A DNA stretch of 32,000 bases from Mycolicibacterium smegmatis (GCF_001457595.1 NZ_LN831039.1:4470001-4502000), one strand, 5' to 3'; counted from the stretch's first letter, positions 18,882 through 25,861 are shown. Notes: generated by a model not told the origin, from the sequence alone. A program made the numbers and translations.

Positions 18882-19277
18882 TCACGACCCTTGGCGGTCG
18901 CGCGCCAGGTTCGCTGATCGCACGCTGAGCACCTTGTCGAGGTAGGCCGCGATGGCATCCCGGTTGCGGGCCAGACATTCGATGCGTTCGGTGAGACGGG
19001 CCTGTTCACGTTGCAGCGTGGCGACCATCTCGGGTGTCACGTTGGGAACGTAGATGGTCTGCGGCTGATCCAGACACGGCAGAAGTTGTTCGATGATGCG
19101 CGTGGGAAGCCCGGCGTCGAGCAGACCCGCGATCTGCAGGACGACGTGGACATGTGCCTCGCCGTACTCGCGGTATCCGTTCGCGGCACGGCTCGGCATG
19201 AGCAGACCCTGCTCTTCGTAGTAGCGCAGCTGCCGACGCGACACACCCGTGCGCTCGGCGAGCTCGCCGATTCGCAT
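18882..19277 (-). CDS. MerR family transcriptional regulator
   Basis: MRIGELAERTGVSRRQLRYYEEQGLL is the MerR HTH signature. ATG 19277 was chosen over the longer track ORF. 131 aa. Confidence 0.88.
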   Translation of the reverse strand: MRIGELAERTGVSRRQLRYYEEQGLLMPSRAANGYREYGEAHVHVVLQIAGLLDAGLPTRIIEQLLPCLDQPQTIYVPNVTPEMVATLQREQARLTERIECLARNRDAIAAYLDKVLSVRSANLARDRQGS

Positions 19278-19298
19278 GTGGCCCAGCTTACAGTTGAC

Positions 19299-19323
19299 CT
19301 TGACGCAAGTGTGAGCGTTCAAG
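19299..19323. promoter_or_regulatory. Imperfect dyad in the MerR/LLM divergent spacer (candidate MerR operator)
   Basis: CTTGACGC-N8-GCGTTCAAG overlaps tandem TTGACC/TTGACG -35-like hexamers at 19294-19305. It lies between the MerR ATG (19277) and the LLM GTG (19373). Confidence 0.3.
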
Positions 19324-19372
19324 ACTCGTTGCAGGGGATGGAAACACCGGCAACGAATCAGGAGGCCCACCC

Positions 19373-20326
19373 GTGAAGCTCGGACTACGTCTGCCCCAGA
19401 GATTGAACGTCGACCTGCGCCACGACGTGGTCTTGGCCGCCAGGACCGCCGAGGCGGCCGGATTCGCCAGTCTGTGGACCTACGAACGCCTCCTGTTTCC
19501 CGCCAACCCAGTCGAGTCCTATGCCGGAACCGACGCGCCGTGGCCGACGCACTCGCGGCAGGCCGCCGATCCCCTCGCTGTCCTCACCGCGGCGGCGGTG
19601 GTCACCGAGACAGCGCGGTTGGGTACCTCGGTCCTGGTGGCCGGGTTGCACACACCCATCCAACTCGCCAAGGCGCTGGCGACGGTCGACCAGATCAGCG
19701 GCGGACGCATGATCGCGGGCCTGGGTACCGGGTGGTCCACCGACGAGTTCCGGGCCGCCGGGGCGCGCCGCGCCGACCGGGGCCCGCTTCTCGACGAGAC
19801 GCTCGATGTCCTCGACGCCGTCTGGGCCCGTGATCCGGTGACGTTCCGCAGCCCTCACGTGATCATCGATGATGCCGCGGTGCTCCCCAAACCGGTAGCG
19901 CAGATGCCGGTGTTGTTGGCCGGCGGCGGCAGCCTGCCTGATCGTTCCGCATCAAAAGCCATGCGGCGCATCGCCGCACGGGCCGATGGCTGGTTGCCGT
20001 TACTCACCGAACCCGGGCAGGCCGGAGCGACGCGACTACGCACCGACTGGGACCGCATCCGCGAACTGGCCGCAGAGCGCGGCCGAACCCCCGATGCCAT
20101 GGAGATGATCGTCGTCGGTAATGTGACCTTCACCGAACGCTCGGCCGGGCCGGATCGCCCGGCTTTCGTCGGAACATTCGATCAGATCGTCGAGGACGTG
20201 CACACCGCCGCCGAGGCCGGTGCGGACGAACTCATCGTCGATCTGAACCTGCAGGACTGGTTCACCAGCACACCGCAGATGCTGGAAACGGCAGTGCAGA
20301 TCCACGAACGCTTCGTGGCAGCCTGA
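19373..20326 (+). CDS. LLM-class F420-dependent oxidoreductase (Rv2161c-like family)
   Basis: 317 aa. MKLGLRLPQ...AAGFASLWTYERLLFP and GLGTGWSTDEF are typical of actinobacterial F420-dependent LLMs. AGGAGG RBS 7 nt before the GTG. Confidence 0.8.
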   Translation: MKLGLRLPQRLNVDLRHDVVLAARTAEAAGFASLWTYERLLFPANPVESYAGTDAPWPTHSRQAADPLAVLTAAAVVTETARLGTSVLVAGLHTPIQLAKALATVDQISGGRMIAGLGTGWSTDEFRAAGARRADRGPLLDETLDVLDAVWARDPVTFRSPHVIIDDAAVLPKPVAQMPVLLAGGGSLPDRSASKAMRRIAARADGWLPLLTEPGQAGATRLRTDWDRIRELAAERGRTPDAMEMIVVGNVTFTERSAGPDRPAFVGTFDQIVEDVHTAAEAGADELIVDLNLQDWFTSTPQMLETAVQIHERFVAA

Positions 20327-20349
20327 CCAATGGTCGAACGTGTGTTCTA

Positions 20350-20727
20350 ATGGAGCCCATGACTGTAGACGCTTCGCCTGACACCGTCACCCCGCCCGCC
20401 GAGAACACCGCGCCGGAGAGTACGCCCGCGAAGGCCCCGCGGAAGGCTGCGGGCAAGCGGTCCAAGACCATCGAACTCACTCTCACCGTCACCGGCACCG
20501 CAGACGGCGAGTGGCGCGCCGATCTCAAGCACGGCAGCACCTTCCTCGCCCGCAATCTCTCGGTCACGGCCGCCGCGGTGTCGCGCGCGGCCAAGGAACT
20601 GCACCAGGAGATCTCGACCCCACTCGACGCCGTGATCGATGAGGCACGCGCGCAGCAGGCCGCGCGGGTCGCCGCCCTGGAGGCCGAACTCGAGGCTGCG
20701 CGTAAGGCACTCGCCGACCTGAACTGA
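20350..20727 (+). CDS. Hypothetical protein (disordered basic N-terminus, C-terminal Ala-rich coiled coil)
   Basis: 125-aa ORF with high GC3. No motif I can name. ATG 20359 is an alternative start. Confidence 0.6.
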   Translation: MEPMTVDASPDTVTPPAENTAPESTPAKAPRKAAGKRSKTIELTLTVTGTADGEWRADLKHGSTFLARNLSVTAAAVSRAAKELHQEISTPLDAVIDEARAQQAARVAALEAELEAARKALADLN

Positions 20728-20734
20728 TTGCGGC

Positions 20735-21817
20735 TCACGGCGCGACGGCGTACCGCGGCTTCGGGCCTGGCGCATCGAGCAGCAGACCGGCAATGCGGTC
20801 CAGCGGAACGGGATCGGCGACGAGGTCGGCCCATGGGAACCGATCCTTGGTGCGTTGCAGAAAGTTCAACGCCTGCAGCAGATGCCGGGGTTCGTAGTTG
20901 TGGACGCCGACCAGGGTGAGATGCCGGCGCACCACGGCCTCCGGGTCCACCGCGATGTCGCCGTCGGGAGCGACCGACCCGGCGAACACCGCGACACCGG
21001 AGACATCGAGAGTACGCAGGCCGGCCTGCAGCGCTGCGGACTTACCGGAGAACTCGAGCAGGACGTCGCACTCCTCGATCTCGTTCACCGACTCGGCGGT
21101 CACTTCGGCCCCGAAATGCGCTGCGATTTCACGCCGTTCGGCCGACGGGTCGACCGCGGTGACCGTGCTGGCGCCGAGGTCGGCGGCCGCGGCGAGCGCG
21201 GTGAGCCCCAGCATGCCCGCACCGATCACCACCACCCGCCGTCCCCCGACCGGCAGGGCGCGCTCGATCACCGCCATCACGGTCGCCGTCGCACAGGCCG
21301 CGGGTGCGGCAAGCGCATCGGCGATGTCGTCGGCGACGACGGCCACCGGCATGCCGCGCGGCAACACCACATGCCCGGCGTAGCCGCCCGACAAGGGCCA
21401 TGCGGAGTACAGGGATTCGTGTCCGGCCTTGCGGAGCGTGCGGCATTTCGCGGTGACGCCCGCAACACACCGGTCGCAGGTGCCACACGGCAGCGTCACC
21501 GACCAGACCACGCGTCGGCCTTTGCCGAGTGGGTTCCCGTCCACCGCAAGCGGTTCACCGTCGCCGAGTGCCACGATCTCTCCCACCGTCTCGTGTCCGA
21601 GGACCGACGGACAAGGCTGCGGGCGTCGGCCTGTCACGGTGTGCCGGTCGCTGCCGCACACCGTCGCCAGGCGCACCCGCACCAGCACCTCACCGGTCTG
21701 CAGCACGGGCAGCGGCACCGACTCGATGACGACGTCGCCGCCGCCGCGCCAGATCGCCGCGCGGGTGTGGGAGAGCTCGGTGAAAGTCGTTGCGTTTTCT
21801 TCCACTTGGCTGGTCAT
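20735..21817 (-). CDS. Zinc-dependent alcohol dehydrogenase (MDR family), phosphonate-catabolism-associated type
   Basis: 360 aa. CGSDRH and GHE catalytic Zn motifs, structural Zn Cys cluster CGTCDRCVAGVTAKC, and VIGAGMLG Rossmann motif. Its ATG overlaps the stop of the upstream PhnX-like gene (ATGA). Confidence 0.88.
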   Translation of the reverse strand: MTSQVEENATTFTELSHTRAAIWRGGGDVVIESVPLPVLQTGEVLVRVRLATVCGSDRHTVTGRRPQPCPSVLGHETVGEIVALGDGEPLAVDGNPLGKGRRVVWSVTLPCGTCDRCVAGVTAKCRTLRKAGHESLYSAWPLSGGYAGHVVLPRGMPVAVVADDIADALAAPAACATATVMAVIERALPVGGRRVVVIGAGMLGLTALAAAADLGASTVTAVDPSAERREIAAHFGAEVTAESVNEIEECDVLLEFSGKSAALQAGLRTLDVSGVAVFAGSVAPDGDIAVDPEAVVRRHLTLVGVHNYEPRHLLQALNFLQRTKDRFPWADLVADPVPLDRIAGLLLDAPGPKPRYAVAP

Positions 21818-22515
21818 GACGCAGTCGCGGCGGTGCGCGTCACGCCGAACAGTTCAGGCAGGTCGGCCACCGAGGACAGCAGGTGGGTGTGCGGATGCGC
21901 ACTCAGTTCGGCCTCATCACTCGCCCCCGAGAGCACGCCGACGACATAGCCTGCCCCTGCGTTGATGCCCGCCTGCAGGTCGCGCGGGGTGTCCCCCGCC
22001 ACGAGTACGCGCGAGATATCCTGCACACCAGAGTGTTCCATGGCGCGGTAGATCATGTACGGCGCCGGGCGGCCCGCGGCCACGTCACTGCCGCACACGA
22101 CGGTGTCCACCACGGAATCCCCGTCCCAGCCCAACGAGGCGAGCAACGCGTCGACGATGTCACGGTCGAACCCGGTGTTGAGCGCAACCTTGATACCCGA
22201 CGCGCGCAGATCCCGGATGGCGTCGGGCACACCCGGCAGCGGCACAGGCGGATGTTCGGCGTACGCCGCCTTCAGGCGGGCCCTGAAGTCCTCGACGATC
22301 ACCTGCAGTGCCGCGTCGTCAGCCGGGGCCAGAAGGGCGCGCAGCGCCTCATGTTTGGCCGCGCCGTGCCACTTGGCGATGTCGGCCTCGGACGGCGTAC
22401 CGCCATGGGCGACGACCGTCTGTTCGAGGACGCGGTACACCGCAGACCCCTCGTCGACCGTGGTGCCCGCGATGTCGAGTACGACGAGTTCGGGCCGACG
22501 GACCGTGCTGCTCAT
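21814..22515 (-). CDS. Phosphonatase-like (PhnX-like) HAD hydrolase
   Basis: Start re-picked at ATG 22515 (GGAAGGAA RBS). DIAGTTVD replaces the canonical HAD DxDxT, as in PhnX (DWAGTTVD). The segments AAKHEALRAL, GIKVALNTGF, AAGRPAPYM and AGDTPRDLQAG align by eye with the phosphonoacetaldehyde hydrolase sequence as I recall it. Confidence 0.8.
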   Translation of the reverse strand: MSSTVRRPELVVLDIAGTTVDEGSAVYRVLEQTVVAHGGTPSEADIAKWHGAAKHEALRALLAPADDAALQVIVEDFRARLKAAYAEHPPVPLPGVPDAIRDLRASGIKVALNTGFDRDIVDALLASLGWDGDSVVDTVVCGSDVAAGRPAPYMIYRAMEHSGVQDISRVLVAGDTPRDLQAGINAGAGYVVGVLSGASDEAELSAHPHTHLLSSVADLPELFGVTRTAATAS

Positions 22516-22922
22516 GCGTGTTCCTTCCGAGATGTTCATGCGGTACAGACACACCTGACTATACAAGTCGATTCCTCAAGAACATCGCTGCCGGCCCCAT
22601 GAGAACAAAGGCTTTGACTGCCATTCACGCCGAGTTCAGCACCAGTTCCGGATCTCATTGCCGCGGCTCGACGATCACCGACGGTGAAGGTCTCATTGCG
22701 GCGGAATTAGTGCACTTCTCGCCTGCAAGGCCGAATGCGCATGTCGTCTCTCGCGTCGACAAACACGTGCCAACTAGGAACAGCCCCCTCAGCCGCACCC
22801 ACAGGTTGCCGAGCCTCCTCAGCCCCACGTCGGCAGATTCGGGGCGCTCCATCTCATTTTTCGCGCCACAGAAGAAACATCAGCAACTCTGACATCATTG
22901 TCAATTAATGAGTTTCATTCAG

Positions 22923-22952
22923 TTGCCAGAAGTTTCCCACGACCTTTATATT
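22923..22952 (+). promoter_or_regulatory. Candidate promoter TTGCCA-N18-TATATT for the secreted-protein gene
   Basis: Lies in an AT-rich stretch. The -10-like TATATT ends 21 nt before ATG 22974. AAGGGGG RBS at 22960-22966. Confidence 0.35.
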
Positions 22953-22973
22953 CCCAGTTAAGGGGGTCGTATT

Positions 22974-23366
22974 ATGAGATTCAAGTTCGCTGTTGCCATT
23001 GCCTGGTTCGCCGTCGCGGCGCTATCCGTTACTCCGTCCGCAAACGCTGACGTGCAACCCGGCTGCGAAAGCGTTCCGTGGGGATTCCTCGGGACCCAAA
23101 CGCGCAGCATCTGCGACGAACCGATGCGGCCGGACGGAAGCTGGGTGCGCTATCGCATGGTGTGGATACCGGCTCATTACGTGCCCATCCGCACGAGTTG
23201 CGGCACCTACAGTTGCACCACGAGTGGCGGCTACTGGCAAGACGAGCAGGTGTTTGAAAAGGTGAGATACCCCGTGCGACCGGAGACGGTAGTCCCAGGC
23301 GAGCCGGGATGGTTGCCACCGAAGTACACCGATTCGGGCGGTTTCACACCGATCAATTTCAACTAG
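22974..23366 (+). CDS. Secreted Cys-rich small protein, possibly CDGP-domain-like
   Basis: 130 aa. Sec signal MRFKFAVAIAWFAVAALSVTPSANA. The mature part has 5 Cys, and CDEPMRPDGSW resembles the mycobacterial CDGP motif (from memory, unverified). Codon usage is less GC-biased than flanking DNA. Confidence 0.7.
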   Translation: MRFKFAVAIAWFAVAALSVTPSANADVQPGCESVPWGFLGTQTRSICDEPMRPDGSWVRYRMVWIPAHYVPIRTSCGTYSCTTSGGYWQDEQVFEKVRYPVRPETVVPGEPGWLPPKYTDSGGFTPINFN

Positions 23367-23532
23367 CGCAACGGCCTTCCTCGGCGCGCCCAAGCTGCGA
23401 TACGGCTTCAGCTGTACATATAGGTACGGAGAAGACGATTGACGTCAGGGTGATGGTTGGCAGATCGATCCCCGGACCACGCAGTTGCCAAAAATCGCAC
23501 CGGCACCGGAGACCGCAACTCGTCTCAACGGC

Positions 23533-24147
23533 TCACGTCGCGCCGGCAGCCAACAACAGTCGCAACCGGCGGCGACCGCGGTACAGACGCGACATGATGG
23601 TGCCTTCGCTGCACGCCATGATCTCGGCGATCTCGCGGTAGCGAAGCCCCACCACGTCGCGGTAGTAGATCGCCAGCCGGAACTGCTCCGGCAGTGTCGC
23701 CAAGGCACCGGCGAGTTCGATGTTGGGCAGCGCATCGAGCGCGTCGAGTTCGGCCGACTGCGACCGACGATCCTGCGCGGCCATTTGATGATCGCTGGTG
23801 TGATCGCACAGGTACTCGCTCGGGCGGCGTCGTGCGCGGCGGAGCCCGCTGATGTAGGTGTTGGTCATGATGTGAAGCAGCCACGCCCGGAGGTTGGTTC
23901 CCTCGCGGAAGGTGCCGAAGCCGGTGTAGGCTCTCAACATCGTTTCCTGCACCAGGTCTTCGGCGTCCACCGGGTTCCGCGTCAATCGTCTAGCGCGACT
24001 ACGGAGTTGGCTCATATACGGAAGCGTTTCGTTGACGAATCGCGCACTCAGTTCCGTGTCATTCGCTGCTGGCGCCGGTTCGGTGCCTGCAGTGTGTTGT
24101 GATGTCACCATTGCTACACCCTCACCCGGTTCGGGGTGAGTTGTCAT
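23533..24147 (-). CDS. ECF-type RNA polymerase sigma factor, SigH/SigE-like paralog
   Basis: Region 2 ([17 protein letters not shown]...[20 protein letters not shown]) and region 4 ([44 protein letters not shown]) align closely with M. tuberculosis SigH as I recall it. ATG 24111, with a GAGGG RBS, is an alternative start. Confidence 0.9.
   Translation of the reverse strand: MTTHPEPGEGVAMVTSQHTAGTEPAPAANDTELSARFVNETLPYMSQLRSRARRLTRNPVDAEDLVQETMLRAYTGFGTFREGTNLRAWLLHIMTNTYISGLRRARRRPSEYLCDHTSDHQMAAQDRRSQSAELDALDALPNIELAGALATLPEQFRLAIYYRDVVGLRYREIAEIMACSEGTIMSRLYRGRRRLRLLLAAGAT
24121..24140 (-). promoter_or_regulatory. Hairpin CUCACCC-cgaacc-GGGUGAG overlapping the candidate SD of the sigma gene
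   Basis: 7-bp perfect stem with 6-nt loop on the transcript strand. The 3-prime arm is part of GGGUGAGGGUG, located 9-19 nt upstream of ATG 24111. Confidence 0.35.
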
Positions 24148-24164
24148 CGTCCGACCGTCGAACC

Positions 24165-24177
24165 CACCCGGGTGATC
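24165..24177. promoter_or_regulatory. Copy 1 of shared 13-nt motif CACCCGGGTGATC (palindromic core)
   Basis: Exact 13-nt match to 25662-25674. Located in the 65-nt spacer between the UsfY-like gene and the sigma gene. Confidence 0.4.
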
Positions 24178-24191
24178 CCGTTGCTAAACAA

Positions 24192-24212
24192 CGCGTTTCG
24201 ACGTCAAACGCG
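24192..24212 (-). terminator. Hairpin directly after the UsfY-like stop codon (CGCGTTT-N7-AAACGCG)
   Basis: 7-bp stem with 7-nt loop, abutting the TAG at 24213-24215. It could be an attenuator or terminator between the UsfY-like and sigma genes. No U tract. Confidence 0.3.
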
Positions 24213-24515
24213 CTAGCGCGTAGGCGGTGGACGTCGACGGTCGGCCGTCCACTGGTCTTCGATGCGCCTCACGCGGCGATTCTCCATGACGAACCACAGC
24301 GTGCCCGCGATGGCGCCGAGAACGGCGATGAGAACCATCGTGGATACCCACTCATAACGACGATAAGCGGTGGCGGCCACCACACCGGTCAGACCGGACG
24401 CCGCGACCACCAACAAAATCAAGCCCGGCCAGTAGAAGTTGTCCTTAACCGCCAGACCCGCATGCGGTTGTGCAGTCCGGAAATGGTCCGCCGGATCCAG
24501 GTTTGTGTCGCCCAT
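24213..24515 (-). CDS. Small 2-TM membrane protein, UsfY-like
   Basis: ATG 24515 with an AAGGAAAGGG RBS. MGDTNLDPADHFRTAQPHAGLAVKD... followed by two TM helices and a basic tail resembles mycobacterial UsfY. The family call is from memory, with moderate certainty. Confidence 0.7.
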   Translation of the reverse strand: MGDTNLDPADHFRTAQPHAGLAVKDNFYWPGLILLVVAASGLTGVVAATAYRRYEWVSTMVLIAVLGAIAGTLWFVMENRRVRRIEDQWTADRRRPPPTR

Positions 24516-24548
24516 CGCCCTTTCCTTCGTTGTCGATATCGTCAAGCG

Positions 24549-24968
24549 TCAGATCGAGTCGGCGCTGTCTCGGATGAGCAACTCGGGCAACGCGATCGCC
24601 GCGATCGTGGTCACCAGCCACACCACAAGCGTCGTCGCCGACCAAGGTGCGGCACCGCCCACGGCGAGGCCGTGCGGCAATACCGAAGCGAGAGTCAACG
24701 CCACGGCCGTCACGATCAGGCCTGTGCCGCCGAGAAGCAGCGACGCATAGCGGTGGGGCAATCTCAGAACCGACAAGGACAGAACCGCCTGTGTTGCCGC
24801 AAATATCGACACCGCGGCCACGAAGCCCGGAACTGTCAGCGAGATCCCGGGAATGATCCAAGCGGCGACCAGCAGGCCCGTGGCCCACGAAGAAAGAAAC
24901 AATGCGGCCCGGATCAAGATTCTTCTGATGAACTTGGCGCACAACTGAATTCGCCTGCCCACATCCAC
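24549..24968 (-). CDS. 4-TM membrane protein, phage holin superfamily IV-like (PF04020-type)
   Basis: 139 aa. Two repeats of TM-TM with a W..PGI.. style motif (AAWIIPGISLTVPGF). GTG start with a GAGG RBS about 10 nt upstream. Confidence 0.65.
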   Translation of the reverse strand: MDVGRRIQLCAKFIRRILIRAALFLSSWATGLLVAAWIIPGISLTVPGFVAAVSIFAATQAVLSLSVLRLPHRYASLLLGGTGLIVTAVALTLASVLPHGLAVGGAAPWSATTLVVWLVTTIAAIALPELLIRDSADSI

Positions 24969-24985
24969 GATACGTTCGCCTCGCC

Positions 24986-25504
24986 CTAGGCGCCGGATCT
25001 ACCCAGGATGCTCTTGCCCGGCGCCCGGGCCGCCGCGACAGCGTCGGCGAGCAGCCACAACGACAGGCCGAGAAGCGCGATGTCCTTCATCAGGAACTGA
25101 CCGTTGGCCGACAGTACGGGCCAGCCACCGGCGGATGCTTCGCCCACGTCGGGAGTGGTGATCATGAAGCTGAGAGTGGTCAAGAAGAACAGTGAGGAGA
25201 TCACACCACCGAGGACGGACGCCTTGGGATACCACGGCTTGAGTGCCAACAGCGTCGCCGTGATCAGTTCGACGATCCCGAGAAGCCGACCGAAGTTCCT
25301 GATGGAGACCAGGTCGAAGATCCAGCTCAAGAACGGACTGTTCGCGATCAGAGGCGAAATACCGTGAGACTCATAGTAGGTGAACTTCATCGCGCCGAAC
25401 CATACGAGCACTATGACCAACGCATAGCGGGCCACGAGCGGAGCCGCGGTGATCAGCCGGGGGCTCCTCAACTCATCTGTCTTCGTGTCATCGACCTGTG
25501 ACAT
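24986..25504 (-). CDS. DUF417 family membrane protein (YkgB/RclC-like)
   Basis: ATG 25504 with a GGAGACAGGA RBS. LVWFGAMKF...SPLIANSPFLSW...TTLSFMITTP...FLMKDIALLG matches the RclC/YkgB pattern as I recall it. The track ORF start at 25648 is over-extended. Confidence 0.75.
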   Translation of the reverse strand: MSQVDDTKTDELRSPRLITAAPLVARYALVIVLVWFGAMKFTYYESHGISPLIANSPFLSWIFDLVSIRNFGRLLGIVELITATLLALKPWYPKASVLGGVISSLFFLTTLSFMITTPDVGEASAGGWPVLSANGQFLMKDIALLGLSLWLLADAVAAARAPGKSILGRSGA

Positions 25505-25540
25505 TCCTGTCTCCGTTCGTATCTCATCGCGCCACTCTGG

Positions 25541-25626
25541 CCGCCGAGAGCCCTCTGCCTCCCCTGCCCACCAAGCCGAGGCGGTGCAGTTGCCCCCGTG
25601 GCTCATACAGCTAGCACTCTCGGCGG
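25541..25626 (-). promoter_or_regulatory. Perfect 10-bp long-range stem (CCGCCGAGAG ... CTCTCGGCGG) enclosing 66 nt in the DUF417 leader
   Basis: Arms at 25541-25550 and 25617-25626. Lies between the GGGTGA/TCACCC hairpin and the DUF417 RBS. Confidence 0.3.
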
Positions 25627-25631
25627 AAACG

Positions 25632-25650
25632 GGGTGACATGTCTTCACCC
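25632..25650 (-). promoter_or_regulatory. Hairpin GGGUGA-N7-UCACCC followed by CGUUUCC (weak terminator or attenuator candidate)
   Basis: 6-bp stem with 7-nt loop. It uses the same hexamer half-sites as the 12-bp palindrome located 10 nt upstream on the transcript. Confidence 0.3.
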
Positions 25651-25661
25651 GACAGCACGTT

Positions 25662-25674
25662 CACCCGGGTGATC
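25662..25674. promoter_or_regulatory. Copy 2 of shared 13-nt motif CACCCGGGTGATC (within the perfect 12-bp palindrome TCACCCGGGTGA, 25661-25672)
   Basis: Exact match to 24165-24177. It overlaps the stop codon of the candidate small ORF. Confidence 0.4.
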
Positions 25675-25822
25675 ATCCGAGGCTGGGATACCGACCTGGT
25701 TCAGATCCTGGCTCTGTCCGGTACCTCACGAACCAGCAGTTCTCCCATGCGGGACGATGCTTGATGAACCCAGCGACCGAACCTGCGGCCAGCACAATGA
25801 GCGCGTTCACGGTCAGGATCAC
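25673..25822 (-). CDS. Candidate unannotated small membrane protein (49 aa, single TM)
   Basis: Below the 60-aa track cutoff. GTG 25822 has a GGAGGG 12 nt upstream. Sequence is MILTVNALIVLAAGSVAGFIKHRPAWENCWFVRYRTEPGSEPGRYPSLG. GC3 is about two-thirds overall and higher across the TM. The frame is closed by a TGA 30 nt upstream of the GTG. Confidence 0.3.
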   Translation of the reverse strand: MILTVNALIVLAAGSVAGFIKHRPAWENCWFVRYRTEPGSEPGRYPSLG

Positions 25823-25861
25823 CGCAACCTGCGTCCCTCCGAACAGACTGATTCATGCGAC

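Noticed and set aside
15909-22515. Idea that the ICL/PEPM-family gene and the PhnX-like operon form one phosphonate biosynthesis or catabolism cluster.
   Set aside because: The barrel protein lacks the EDKx5NS PepM motif. The two loci are separated by six unrelated genes on mixed strands with their own regulators. No phosphonate transporter or aminotransferase is present.
22599-22892. 97-aa ORF (MRTKALTAIHAEF...) in the long spacer. It is the only sizeable plus-strand reading frame there. The 65-aa minus-strand ORF at 22655-22852 was also considered.
   Set aside because: There is no RBS, the codon bias is mixed, and the Ser/Pro/His/Arg-rich sequence has no motif or hydrophobic core. It is kept only as part of the unexplained-spacer finding.
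23022-23393. 123-aa and 96-aa minus-strand ORFs opposite the secreted-protein gene. I considered them as a possible anti-sigma downstream of the ECF sigma.
   Set aside because: They are antisense to a CDS with a convincing signal peptide, start 140 nt or more from the sigma stop, and contain no HxxxCxxC or TM anti-sigma features.
23445-23532. Possible intrinsic terminator after the sigma gene (T5 run on the minus strand at 23489-23498).
   Set aside because: I could not find a convincing GC-rich stem immediately upstream of the T run. CCGGTGCCGGTG is a direct repeat, not an inverted one.
25505-25700. Search for SigH/SigE-type promoters (GGAAY-N16-18-GTT) upstream of DUF417. The sigma spacer 24148-24212 and the tal spacer 29491-29637 were also searched.
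   Set aside because: No match with correct spacing was found on the relevant strand, so no ECF promoter is claimed.
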